44,162 bases of DNA from Spirochaetota bacterium (GTDB lineage Bacteria > Spirochaetota > UBA4802 > UBA5550). How positions within the stretch are numbered: the first letter of the stretch is position 1; each line of letters begins with the position of its first letter. Below are positions 28,306-38,070 of this stretch, piece after piece. Made by a program: the position numbers and the translations under genes. The DNA lies in the NCBI GenBank assembly GCA_050298055.1, contig JBNKTL010000044.1, forward strand, positions 1 to 44,162. Reading direction: 5' to 3'. The notes under the pieces were generated by a model, which had not been told where the DNA came from, searched no databases, and worked only from the letters and a program-made list of their open reading frames with translations.

Positions 28306-31300
28306 TTAACTCTGATATTTTTTGACTAACATCAAGCTGTTATATTCACCGGTAAATCCTGATTCAGTAAAAAGATGTCCATAATCGCTTGTACGGGCGG
28401 GTTTTCCATTGATTTTATTCACATATATTGTATGCATCTTATTAAAATCCCTGGCAAGGAGGATTTTAAAAAATCGAAGATACCGCGGAATATCTCTATC
28501 ACCGGGACCTGTTAATATCTCAACCTCTTTGCAGTTTTTCATTATTTTCATGACCAGTTTCTCCCCATGAAAAACCGTGAATGTGGAGGGAAACCGGGCC
28601 GGAAGGTACGTCTTCAGTTCATCAACTTTTATACCGCAAAGTGAAGCAGGGTCCGCGGCATTGAGCCAGAATATCCTGCCGTCATCCCTGAAATCCCGGA
28701 GAAACCTGAACCCCTCGTGGGAGATAAACTGAAGACCGGCTATCCCCCTGAAGAAATGGCCCGAGATTATCTCCCCGGAAAGCTCCATAAGCCTTAATGT
28801 CCGGAAAAGCCTGCCCCACTTCAGGGCATCCTGTTCGTAAGCAAGAAGTTCCCTGAAGAGTATACCGTATCTCGCAAAGAGCTGCCGGGCCCTCTCCCTG
28901 TTCAACTCCTCTTCCTCAATGAGGTCCCTCTCCCCTGTTTCACCCCTGAGGCCGTGCCAGTACTGGCTGACCGGCCCCTTTGAGTTCCACCTGCCGGTCA
29001 TTGCCCTCACCACACCCTTGTCCAGGTCATGTGGATTGGGATTGAATTTATTGAGAATAGCTATTCTCACCGTCTCGAAGCTGTCGCTGCTTACCCGGGA
29101 TTTCCACACGGATTTCCAGAGAAGATCCCGTGCCTCAACATGTCCCAGGCCGGTTAATTTCATAATGTCCATAAGGGTATACCGTCCCGGGATTTCAGGA
29201 AGCAAAGAATGACTGTCTTCATCTTCATCAGGATTATTTTCCACGAAGAGGTCCAGGTCTTCCTGCAGGGAAAAACCCAGTTTTTTGTTGCCGCAGCCGA
29301 ACCATGTGAGACCGGAAGTCTGCATCAGGCTGTCCAGCCATGCGGTATAGTAGGGAGTTACCCGGGCGGGTATGATATATTCCTCCCAGGCGTTTGCAGG
29401 AGCGGGATATCCGAAAAGCTTCTCAAAGCCTGACTTCAGCCCCTCCATATACCGGTCTTCACCATGGGGAGTGCAGTCCCCGTCCCGGTCCAGGGGGACA
29501 ATTCCCTGGTACGCGGCCAGGAAGAGGGGAAGCGCCGTTATTTCCCGGGCTTCAAACCGGGGCTGTCTCTCTTTCCGGGAGATGCGAATAAGAATTTCAA
29601 GGTTGTCCCCGTGACAGATCTCAGTGGCTGATTTCCTGTCACTGATCTCCCCCTCCACAATGAGGTTCTCTTCAAGGAGGGAGTCCAAAAGAGCAAGGAG
29701 TCTCTCCCGGCTCAATCCGAATATTTCCCCGGGAAACTCCGCTTCAACGGGACCGTAGAAGGAAAGAAACTGGATAAGAATCCCTTCACCTGTTCTTTCA
29801 TTGTCCGCACTTTCATCTTTCTTATAGACTGAATAAGCTTTTTCGAGCAGGCCCTCATGTTCCTTCGGATCAAGACCCTCCTCCCCGCCTATCACCCGTA
29901 TAACCGGGTCCTCCCTTTTCAGTTCGAGCCCTTCCGTAAGAAAGGGAAGCATTTCAATCGCCGCCACGGAAAAGATATCCGAACCGGGAAGTTTGACCCT
30001 CACCAGCCTCCGGGGAATGAGCCCGGAGAGGAAGTCAGGTTTTTCCCCGTGATCTCTTTCCATGGCGTTTATGAGAAGTTCCCACTCATCGGGAGGTATA
30101 AGCAACCGTTCCTTCACATGCTCAATAAGTTCTTCGGGAGACGAGGGGGAGTAGTCTTCTTCGGTCCTTCTTACCTTTCCCTGAAAGAGGTCCGTAAGAG
30201 AAGAGGAGATCCGGGGTCTCAGTTCAGGGGAACCGATTATTTTCCGGATAAGCTCCCCTGAAAGACCGGAGGCTGTTTCCGAAAAGGGCGTATCATCCTG
30301 GTACATATACTTGTCCACCTGCCGCCAGATAAGCCCCCCGGCAAAGGGCGACGGGCTGCCGGTAACGGTCTCCGTTATCTTTACTCCCCCCTCCCGGACC
30401 TCGCCAAGGAGCAGGAGAAGGTTCTTAAGATCAAACTCGTCCCTGAGACAGCTCCTCCAGGTCTCAAGGAGAATGGGAAAGTCCCTGTACTTCTTCACCG
30501 CGTCCAGAAGCTTTTTTGACCGGAGCCTGTTGAGCCAGAGGGGAAGCCTTTTCCTGAACCCTCCCCGGGGAAGAAGGAGCGCGATACCGGCATTCATCCT
30601 GAACCGCGCGCCGAAGAACCCCGTACTCTCAAGCGTCTTCCTGAGCAGTGTTTCGAGGTTCTCTTCCGTAACCATGCCGAAGATATCCTCCGTCCTGAAG
30701 CTGTGGGGAAGCATGATTAGCAGGGCATGGTTGTCCGTGAAAATCTCCAGCCGGTAACCATACTTATCCTCCCATGCCGCCCCCAGGGCCTGGGCAAAGG
30801 GAGTGTTGACCCTGCCGCCCCAGTTTGTATGGACAATGACCTGTTTTAAGTCACTCCTGTTTCCCGGGTCATCAAAATGTTCAATAACAATGTGATGCCT
30901 GTGGGGAAGCCGGGTACCTGTTGACTCAACCTGCGCCCTGAGAAAGGCAATGGTCTCCTCCGCCGCTGTTTCCCGCATATGGTACCTGTTCATGAGCATC
31001 TCCCTGTACCCGGGGTCCCCGAGATATTCATCCGCCTCTTTCAGGAAAAGGCCCGCTTTTTCCGCGAAGTGAAAGTCCCTGTTGACACCGTCGGCCTTCC
31101 AGAAGGGTATTATCCCCTGGCTGCCGGCAAAGGGGACCACCTCTACGTCATTATGCGTAATATTTGTTATCTGCCAGGTCTGCACTCCCAGGGTAAACTT
31201 CTCACCGATGGACCTCTCCCAGGTAAACTCCTCGTCAAGCTCACCGATCCTGGCCCCGGAGTCCTTTACCCTGAGCTGGAAATATCCCCTGTCCGGGATG

Positions 31301-32826
31301 GTCCCCCCCGACATATAGAGGACCATGGCCGCTCCCTTCCCTGCACTGAAGCTCCCGCTTATCATGTCCAGGATAATTCTCGGTTCAAGCTCCCTGATCC
31401 GCGTATCAGCGTACCTCCCCGCAAGCATCTTTATGACCAGGTCAAAGTGCTGCCGGTCCAGGTTCCTGTAGGGATATGAGCTCTTTATAAGGTAATAGAC
31501 AGGGTCCAGTTCCCGCCCGCCGCCGAGGGACAGGGAAACAATAACCTGGGCAAGGACGTCAAGGGGAGACTCAACGGGCCGGACCTCTTCGATATCAGCC
31601 TCTAAAACCGCCCTGGCGATCACGGCGGAATCGATAAAGTCCCTTCCATGAGTGGGATAGATAGTCCCCCGGCTTTTTTCACCCACAGAGTGGCCTGACC
31701 TCCCCATCCTCTGAAGCGCCGAAGAAATGGAAAAGGGGGCCTGCACCAGCACCACCCTGTCAAGTCTGCCGATATCGATACCCAGTTCCAGGGAGCTGGT
31801 GGCGACGATCCCTTTCAGCTCCCCCTTTTTCAGCTTCTCCTCAACAAGGAGCCTTATCTCCTTTGAGAGTGATCCGTGGTGGGAGTAAACAAGCGGTTCG
31901 CCGGCATCTTCATTGATCAGCCGCGTAACCTTCTCCGCAAGCTTCCTGCTGTTTGTGAAGAGAAGGGTGGAAGAGCTTTCCCCTATGACGTTCCGGAACT
32001 CAGTGACCAGTGACGGCCACCAGGAGTTGTCCACCAGGTTCTCCCTGGCCCCCGGGGGGAAATCAATATCAACATCGATTTCCTTTTTCATATCCGAAAC
32101 GACAATCTCCACCTCCCTCTTTTTGTAGAGGGGTTCCTCCCCGGTACGGACCATTTCAAATCCCCCGATAAATTCCGCGGCTGTTTCCCGGGGAGTTATG
32201 GTGGCCGAGAGTGCGATCCGCTGGAACTCGCCGGTATATTCAACCAGCCGGTCAACGGCGGTTATCATGTGAGTGCCCCGTTTGGTTCCCAGAATTGAGT
32301 GGATCTCGTCCATGATGACGGCCCTGACACCTTTCAGCATGCGGATACTGTTGGAGGAGCTGAGGATGAGATTAAGACTTTCCGGGGTTGTGATAAGTAT
32401 TTCAGGGGGCGATTTGAGCATCCGCCTTCTGTCTGCTGCCGGTGTGTCGCCGCTCCGAGTAAGGATATTTATTTCGGGAAAGACCTCACCCGATTCCCGG
32501 AAAAGCCTGCTGATCTTCTCTACGGGTCCCAGGAGGTTTTTCCGGATATCGTTGTTCAGGGCCTTCAGGGGTGAGATGTAGAGCACACGGACGCTCCCGG
32601 TGTCCCACCGGGAAATGATCAGCTGGTTGAGGGCCCAGAGGAATGCCGCAAGTGTTTTGCCGCATCCTGTTGGCGCGGTGATCAGAAGGTGTTTCTCTTC
32701 CGCGGCGGCAGGCCAGGTTTTCAGCTGGATATCCGTGGGTTCACCCACCTCTTCCCGGAACCACCGGGCAATAAGGGGATGGAAGATGCCGGGGAGAGAT
32801 TTATTTTCACTGTTATTTATCATCAT
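28306..32826 (-). CDS. lhr: Lhr-family DEAD/DEAH helicase with long C-terminal region
   Basis: APTGCGKT, SPLKAL, TTPESL, DEIH, SAT, HHGSLS, SSLELGIDIG, QRMGRSGH, GGTIPD, RYG...E, AADPA. Confidence 0.93.
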   Translation of the reverse strand: MMINNSENKSLPGIFHPLIARWFREEVGEPTDIQLKTWPAAAEEKHLLITAPTGCGKTLAAFLWALNQLIISRWDTGSVRVLYISPLKALNNDIRKNLLGPVEKISRLFRESGEVFPEINILTRSGDTPAADRRRMLKSPPEILITTPESLNLILSSSNSIRMLKGVRAVIMDEIHSILGTKRGTHMITAVDRLVEYTGEFQRIALSATITPRETAAEFIGGFEMVRTGEEPLYKKREVEIVVSDMKKEIDVDIDFPPGARENLVDNSWWPSLVTEFRNVIGESSSTLLFTNSRKLAEKVTRLINEDAGEPLVYSHHGSLSKEIRLLVEEKLKKGELKGIVATSSLELGIDIGRLDRVVLVQAPFSISSALQRMGRSGHSVGEKSRGTIYPTHGRDFIDSAVIARAVLEADIEEVRPVESPLDVLAQVIVSLSLGGGRELDPVYYLIKSSYPYRNLDRQHFDLVIKMLAGRYADTRIRELEPRIILDMISGSFSAGKGAAMVLYMSGGTIPDRGYFQLRVKDSGARIGELDEEFTWERSIGEKFTLGVQTWQITNITHNDVEVVPFAGSQGIIPFWKADGVNRDFHFAEKAGLFLKEADEYLGDPGYREMLMNRYHMRETAAEETIAFLRAQVESTGTRLPHRHHIVIEHFDDPGNRSDLKQVIVHTNWGGRVNTPFAQALGAAWEDKYGYRLEIFTDNHALLIMLPHSFRTEDIFGMVTEENLETLLRKTLESTGFFGARFRMNAGIALLLPRGGFRKRLPLWLNRLRSKKLLDAVKKYRDFPILLETWRSCLRDEFDLKNLLLLLGEVREGGVKITETVTGSPSPFAGGLIWRQVDKYMYQDDTPFSETASGLSGELIRKIIGSPELRPRISSSLTDLFQGKVRRTEEDYSPSSPEELIEHVKERLLIPPDEWELLINAMERDHGEKPDFLSGLIPRRLVRVKLPGSDIFSVAAIEMLPFLTEGLELKREDPVIRVIGGEEGLDPKEHEGLLEKAYSVYKKDESADNERTGEGILIQFLSFYGPVEAEFPGEIFGLSRERLLALLDSLLEENLIVEGEISDRKSATEICHGDNLEILIRISRKERQPRFEAREITALPLFLAAYQGIVPLDRDGDCTPHGEDRYMEGLKSGFEKLFGYPAPANAWEEYIIPARVTPYYTAWLDSLMQTSGLTWFGCGNKKLGFSLQEDLDLFVENNPDEDEDSHSLLPEIPGRYTLMDIMKLTGLGHVEARDLLWKSVWKSRVSSDSFETVRIAILNKFNPNPHDLDKGVVRAMTGRWNSKGPVSQYWHGLRGETGERDLIEEEELNRERARQLFARYGILFRELLAYEQDALKWGRLFRTLRLMELSGEIISGHFFRGIAGLQFISHEGFRFLRDFRDDGRIFWLNAADPASLCGIKVDELKTYLPARFPSTFTVFHGEKLVMKIMKNCKEVEILTGPGDRDIPRYLRFFKILLARDFNKMHTIYVNKINGKPARTSDYGHLFTESGFTGEYNSLMLVKKYQS

Positions 32827-32880
32827 TCTCTATTAGCGGGAATATTTCTTGTTTTACAACAGTATATACAAAATGAAGTC

Positions 32881-33019
32881 TCTGTCATCATGAGGAACGA
32901 AGTGACGTAATGATCTGTTCTCTTGAAAATTCAGTTATCGAAATATAAATAACCAAGCCTTGCTTACAACATTAACAGCAATTCGATACAGATAGCCACG
33001 CTATGCTCGCTATGACAGA
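32881..33019. repeat. 139-bp REP/RPE-like inverted-repeat element (GTCAT...ATGAC ends)
   Basis: Perfect terminal IR tctgtcat/atgacaga; arms tctgtcatcatgaggaacgaagtgacgtaatgatctg and cagatagccacgctatgctcgctatgacaga around an AT-rich centre. Confidence 0.65.
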
Positions 33020-33136
33020 AATATAAACTTTTCCTCTCTAACGGGAAACTCAAAAACATTCAAAATTTAATGTCAAGTAAATATAAACGCGCGGGAAAAG
33101 GAGCTATCAGTAAAGTTTATTCGTTAATGCATATTT

Positions 33137-33343
33137 CTATATCTTTTTAAACTCATCCTCAGTTATTCCGGCCTGCTTTAAAATTTTCCTGAAAGTTCCA
33201 GTTGGGATATCACCGGGATGCATTGCAATATAAGTTTGTCGTCCATCGGGATGCCTGAGTATTTTATGGGACCCTGATTGTCTTTTTTCTCTAAAACCGA
33301 TCTTTTTCAATTTAGTGAATACTTCACGCGCTGAGTATGGCAT
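33137..33343 (-). CDS. hicA: HicA-family mRNA interferase toxin
   Basis: GF...RQSGSH...HP..IPTGT..ILKQAG signature. Confidence 0.92.
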   Translation of the reverse strand: MPYSAREVFTKLKKIGFREKRQSGSHKILRHPDGRQTYIAMHPGDIPTGTFRKILKQAGITEDEFKKI

Positions 33344-33569
33344 CGTCTATTTCAACTTCGGAATAATAAACTTCGGTTTCTCGTTGGATATTCTCATTAT
33401 TCTCCTTTTTTTCTTCAATCCATAATTCTATGAGATCTTTTGCAGCCTTTTTAGCACCTTCAATCCCCAAACCATGAGTTGTAAGATCTAAAGCAGGTAC
33501 ATGCGCATAAAAATATTCATCCGGCAGGGAACCATCTGTTATTCTTTCAATAATAATAGAATATCTCAT
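33324..33569 (-). CDS. hicB: HicB-family antitoxin (short, no DNA-binding domain)
   Basis: YSIIIE..AHVPAL..THG..EGA..A..LI partial RNase H fold; overlaps hicA. Confidence 0.88.
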   Translation of the reverse strand: MRYSIIIERITDGSLPDEYFYAHVPALDLTTHGLGIEGAKKAAKDLIELWIEEKKENNENIQRETEVYYSEVEIDDAILSA

Positions 33570-33684
33570 GGAAAATTACTTCTCCTTAAAATGAACTTAA
33601 CAAAGTCAATATATTAAATTTAAAACAATTATGCAAACTCTTTTTGTATTCTTATACACTGGTGAGGAGCAACAAAAATATTTT

Positions 33685-33822
33685 TTACTACTCAACTATG
33701 TATAAGAATAATCATATTTATTAAAAAAGATAACTGATATGTCCCCGCCGCCTGCGGCGGCGGGGACATATTGTTGATATTTTAGTAAACAGGCTGATTA
33801 TACTCATATAGCTGAGTAGTAA
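33685..33822 (+). mobile_element. copy C, apparently complete 138-bp MITE/REPIN-like element
   Basis: TIRs ttactactcaactat (33685-33699) / atagctgagtagtaa (33808-33822), 14/15; central perfect 16-bp-arm hairpin at 33737-33771. Mobility is inferred, not shown. Confidence 0.7.
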
Positions 33823-34023
33823 CAATTTTTTTTACAAAAATTAAAAAGAAATTGAAATAATTCTCATTAATTATAAAAAGAATAGAACAGGGTGAAGATA
33901 AACCGGCAATGAAGCAGTAAAGAGTCGTGAAATAGATTATCCGCTATTTCTCTTTAGACAATTCCTCGATTTTGTTTAAACTCTTAATATTAATCCCTTC
34001 AAAGGCCAGATGTAAAAAAGACT

Positions 34024-35004
34024 ATGACCGATAAAACACAAAAACCCATCGCAATGATCCTCGCAGGTTACAACAAGATCAGCAAGCGGGCGCGGAAAAA
34101 AATGCTCAGGGAGATCAAGGAAGAATATGACGGGGAAGAGATCTACATGGGAGAGAACAAATTCCTTTACAAGCTCGCAGGGAAACCGATAATTCAGTAT
34201 GTTCTGGATGCGGTATACAATGCAAAGAAAAACGGGAAGAAGCTCTATGACGAAATATATATCTATAATGATGTAAAAAGCTTTAAAGAACAGATCGATC
34301 TCTCAAGCTACCCCGGAGTCCATATCAAACAGATGAAGGATTCCATCGGGGGACACTGGAAGGACTTTTACTTCAATCACCTCGACTACGGACAGAGAGT
34401 AGATGTCTTCTTCGGGGACACACCGAGGATCCAGCCGGAAGATGTTGAATTTGTCCATAACGATTACGGAAAAGTCCTTATGACAACAGATCCATACCGA
34501 AACCTGCCTATTTATATCATCTTCGGCATTGTCGCCTTTGATGACATTAAGGACAACTGGCTCCCTCACAGGATTAAATACGTAAAGAGAGGGCCCAACA
34601 GGGGAAAACTGAAGAGCTTCGCGTGCTTTGAAGACTTCCAGGCCAGGGTGGGAAACAGCGGCACCATGATAAAACGGAAGGAAACAGACGAACTCATAGA
34701 CTCGGAAGCCTGCAATCTCTTCTATAACGTGAGAAAAATTCTCACGCCCACGTCATTCTCAAAGGTCATGTATTACCTCTGGAAAAATAAACATATGAAG
34801 GTCATTGGCCAGATAAAAAGAAGGTCCATAAAAATCCAGGACTACTATAACGCTCTTTTTGATGTTACTTCACGGCTTTTCAGGATTGACCTCTCCCGGA
34901 TGGGAGGGATTATGCATATCATCAAAAAAAACGCGGCACGGTGGGAAAACGATATTGACGGCCCCAGGGATTTTGAGCTCATCCAGAAGAAGTTTACAGG
35001 ATGA
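34024..35004 (+). CDS. NTP-transferase (MobA/GT-A-like) fold protein
   Basis: MILAG, NKFLYKLAGKPIIQYVLDA, FGDTP, NDIDGPRDF motifs. Confidence 0.7.
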   Translation: MTDKTQKPIAMILAGYNKISKRARKKMLREIKEEYDGEEIYMGENKFLYKLAGKPIIQYVLDAVYNAKKNGKKLYDEIYIYNDVKSFKEQIDLSSYPGVHIKQMKDSIGGHWKDFYFNHLDYGQRVDVFFGDTPRIQPEDVEFVHNDYGKVLMTTDPYRNLPIYIIFGIVAFDDIKDNWLPHRIKYVKRGPNRGKLKSFACFEDFQARVGNSGTMIKRKETDELIDSEACNLFYNVRKILTPTSFSKVMYYLWKNKHMKVIGQIKRRSIKIQDYYNALFDVTSRLFRIDLSRMGGIMHIIKKNAARWENDIDGPRDFELIQKKFTG

Positions 35005-35086
35005 AAACAAAAACAAAACAGAAAGAGATAACCGTTTCCTGAAAAGAAAAATAAAAATTCATCCCCAAATTTTACTTGAAAAAATA

Positions 35087-35186
35087 TTACTCCTCAGCTA
35101 TGTCAAAATAAACATGAATAAATAATCTGTTCTCCTCGACGGGGACAGATTGCTGGTATTTTATTAATATATTTTAGCCGTACAGC
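35087..35186 (+). repeat. copy D (degenerate) of the palindromic element
   Basis: TIR-like ttactcctcagctatg, shortened hairpin aatctgttctcctcgacggggacagatt (35124-35151), then ttgctggtattttattaa matching ttgttgatattttagtaa of copy C. Confidence 0.6.
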
Positions 35187-35241
35187 AAAATCTTTACGAA
35201 ATAATACATGTTCCGATATATAAAAAGCTGAAGGTGAATCC

Positions 35242-36312
35242 ATGAAATGCCCTGAGTGCGGAAATGCGTTAAAACGAGAAAACAGAGAGAGCATGAGATG
35301 TACATGCGGATACACCTTTATCATCGATCCAAAAACAAGCGGTTTCACCGATACATTATTGTACAAAGCAGTAAAGGTCGCGTCAAAAGATAACGAGTTT
35401 TTTGTCACGCCAAACCAGGTCTATTCCGCCTTTATACAAATATATCTCAGAATGAACCGCCGTCTCTACATCCGGAGCCTGATAATATACCTGGCGGTCA
35501 TTCTACTCATGTCTGCAGGATACTATGGCTTAAAGATAAGAGCAATGCCTGTCTATTTTTTTATTTTTTCTATTATTCTCATGCTCCGTCTCCTGATAAA
35601 GGTCCTCAAACAAAAACCGCCCCCATCAGAACAGAAAATGAATGAATGGGTAAAAGCTTTCGGAAGAAAGAAGCTTGGCAAGGCTCTTATCACCGTCCCG
35701 GTTCTGAAAAATCCGCCCCCCCAGTGGAAAGAACCTGACATCTATAACTACGGATTCGAGAAGATCCTTGTTGTCCGGAGGGACATCCTGGTTGACCTGT
35801 TTGTAAAAAACAATTTTCATGCCGATGAGCGAACGATTATTATCTCAGCGGGTGGATATCCCGGATACCTGAAAGCACATGTCTCAAAGATGCTCAATGA
35901 CAGCCCCCACATGCCGGTGTACTATCTCCATGATTCTTCAGATGATGAACGGGAGAACATAAAGAATATGCTGCTCACCCTGGGTATTACCGCTGAAAAC
36001 CGGCGGGTTATTGACCTGGGCCTCAGTAAAGAAATAGCAGGAAAATTAACATTCGCAAAAAAGGTCTATAAAGAAAACCAGGTAATTCCTGTTGACAGTT
36101 TTCCCTACTGGGTCCTTACGAAGATCATACTCCAGGCCTTCGGCCGCACAACAGAAGAACTTATCGAAAAGGCCCGGGGAAGGGACCGGGAACAGGGGGC
36201 CGATGCCCTGGCGGTTGCGGGTATCGGCTTTCTGTATATTGCTTCAAGCTACTGGAGTGACGGTTCATGGAGTTCTCATTCATTCGAGGACTCTGACCTC
36301 TCCTTCGGTTGA
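35242..36312 (+). CDS. hypothetical membrane protein: Zn ribbon + 2 TM + possible Toprim-like domain
   Basis: CPEC..CTC, two TMs, KILVV...GGYP...VYYLHD pattern; GAAGGTG RBS. Confidence 0.75.
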   Translation: MKCPECGNALKRENRESMRCTCGYTFIIDPKTSGFTDTLLYKAVKVASKDNEFFVTPNQVYSAFIQIYLRMNRRLYIRSLIIYLAVILLMSAGYYGLKIRAMPVYFFIFSIILMLRLLIKVLKQKPPPSEQKMNEWVKAFGRKKLGKALITVPVLKNPPPQWKEPDIYNYGFEKILVVRRDILVDLFVKNNFHADERTIIISAGGYPGYLKAHVSKMLNDSPHMPVYYLHDSSDDERENIKNMLLTLGITAENRRVIDLGLSKEIAGKLTFAKKVYKENQVIPVDSFPYWVLTKIILQAFGRTTEELIEKARGRDREQGADALAVAGIGFLYIASSYWSDGSWSSHSFEDSDLSFG

Positions 36313-36316
36313 TACC

Positions 36317-38056
36317 ATGACGGCACTTTTCGGTTTTACAGGCCCCCCGGACCAGGACCAGCTTGTCCGCATGAAAAATTCTCTCTATCACCGCGCAGGG
36401 AAAAATCCCCTGCTCTATTCAAACCACATGATATCAATCGGCTGTTCGGCCCCTATGCCTGCGAAAACAGGACATCTCTCCGGCACAGTAAAGGTCAAAG
36501 AGTCATTTCTCGCGCTGGCAGGATATATTACGGACCCCCGGGGGAAGATCACGACCCTGGAACAGCTGCTGTCACAGATCGAACAAAATGGATTTGAGAT
36601 TTTTTCCCGGCTTAACGGCAATTTCATCTGTGCCCTCCACGACGGTTCAACCTTAACCCTGGTGCGGGACATGCCGGGCATTCGCAGTATCTACTTCGGC
36701 ATGCACCGGGACCGGTTCATCTTTTCAGTGGAACCGAAGGGTATCTGCTCTTACGCAGGTTTTCCCAGACGGCTCCGGCCGGCATCTCTGGCCCAGTATC
36801 TCTCATTCAGTTTTGTGGCGGGAAGAGAAACCATGTTTCATGATATTGAGGCCGTGCCCCCCGGGCACATTCTGCGGTACAAAGACGGCTGCACCCCCGT
36901 GATAGAACCTTATTGCGATCTCTTCGCCCAGTCATTTGAAGAAGCCGATGACATGGATACCTGGAGCCGGAGATTTGTTACCGCGTTCCGCGAATCCATA
37001 CGGGAACGGCTCCCGGAATCCGGCCCGGTGGGGATCTTCCTCTCAGGAGGACTTGACTCCAGTATCGTCACTGCGGAGATCACCCGGATGTACAGGGGAC
37101 CGGTGAAGACCTGGTCAATACATTTCGGCAGGGAATACAATAATGAACTGGAGTTTGCATCAGCCGTTGCCGGGATGTGCGGGACCGATCACCGGGAAGT
37201 ATTGATAGACCCGAAACAGTTCCTTCCCCGGATCCGTGAAATGGTCTGGCATCTTGACGAGCCCATCGGCGACCCCATCACGACCCCGAACTTTGAACTG
37301 GCCCGCATTGTGTCCCGGGAAGTCGACTCCATTTTCAACGGTGAAGGGGGAGACCCCTGTTTCGGAGGGCCTAAAAACCTCTACATGCTCCTGAAACACT
37401 GGTATGGAGGAGTGGAGAACGGCCCCCGGTTCAGGGAACGCATTTACTGTTCATCTTTTAAAAGGGCCTATGAGGACATGGATGATATTCTCACACCGGA
37501 ATTCCGCCGGTCAATCTCCCTGGAGAGTGACCTCTATGATACGCTGACTCCCTTTTTCGACACACACCGGCCCGAAGGCTTTCTGGACAAGCTCATGGTC
37601 ATGAATATACGGCTGAAGGGGGCAAACCTTATACTGCCGAAAGTCGAACGGATGCTCAGCGCATGGGGAATAAATTCACTGTCACCTCTTTTCGACTGGC
37701 GAATTGTACAGCTCAGCCTGGCCATGCCGTCCCATTTTAAAGTCCACAGGGGAGAGGAGAAAGTCCTCTTTAAACATGCCTACAGGGACCTTCTGCCCCG
37801 GGAAGTCCTGGTGAGGCCTAAAAGCGGCATGCGGGTACCGGTACATTTCTGGTTCCAGGGCGACATGAAAAAATATGTTCGGAAGATTCTTAATAAAAAA
37901 GAATTGAAAAAAGCAGGCATCTTTAACTATGAATATATAAAACAGTTGATAGAGTACAGCACCGGCAACAGGTACAGCAGGTATGGGCTGAAGCTCTGGA
38001 TGCTCATCACCTTTGAAATATGGCGCCGGATTTTTATTGAAGGGGAACCGGTATAA
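36317..38056 (+). CDS. asparagine synthetase B-like amidoligase
   Basis: LNGNF, RD..G, LSGGLDSS PP-loop, DEPIGD, GEGGD, KVER, RPKSG. ATG at 36317 lies 4 nt after the upstream stop; the 36092 start in the ORF track overlaps the previous gene. Confidence 0.9.
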   Translation: MTALFGFTGPPDQDQLVRMKNSLYHRAGKNPLLYSNHMISIGCSAPMPAKTGHLSGTVKVKESFLALAGYITDPRGKITTLEQLLSQIEQNGFEIFSRLNGNFICALHDGSTLTLVRDMPGIRSIYFGMHRDRFIFSVEPKGICSYAGFPRRLRPASLAQYLSFSFVAGRETMFHDIEAVPPGHILRYKDGCTPVIEPYCDLFAQSFEEADDMDTWSRRFVTAFRESIRERLPESGPVGIFLSGGLDSSIVTAEITRMYRGPVKTWSIHFGREYNNELEFASAVAGMCGTDHREVLIDPKQFLPRIREMVWHLDEPIGDPITTPNFELARIVSREVDSIFNGEGGDPCFGGPKNLYMLLKHWYGGVENGPRFRERIYCSSFKRAYEDMDDILTPEFRRSISLESDLYDTLTPFFDTHRPEGFLDKLMVMNIRLKGANLILPKVERMLSAWGINSLSPLFDWRIVQLSLAMPSHFKVHRGEEKVLFKHAYRDLLPREVLVRPKSGMRVPVHFWFQGDMKKYVRKILNKKELKKAGIFNYEYIKQLIEYSTGNRYSRYGLKLWMLITFEIWRRIFIEGEPV

Positions 38057-38070
38057 CCAGGAGGATCTAT

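Noticed and set aside
33020..33136. attC site downstream of hicA
   Set aside because: An ataaacttt/aaagtttat IR exists, but the R boxes do not fit RYYYAAC/GTTRRRY and no integrase is present.
36092..36316. N-terminal 75-aa extension of the AsnB-like ORF
   Set aside because: Overlaps the upstream gene in another frame; the ATG at 36317 aligns with the usual Ntn-domain start.
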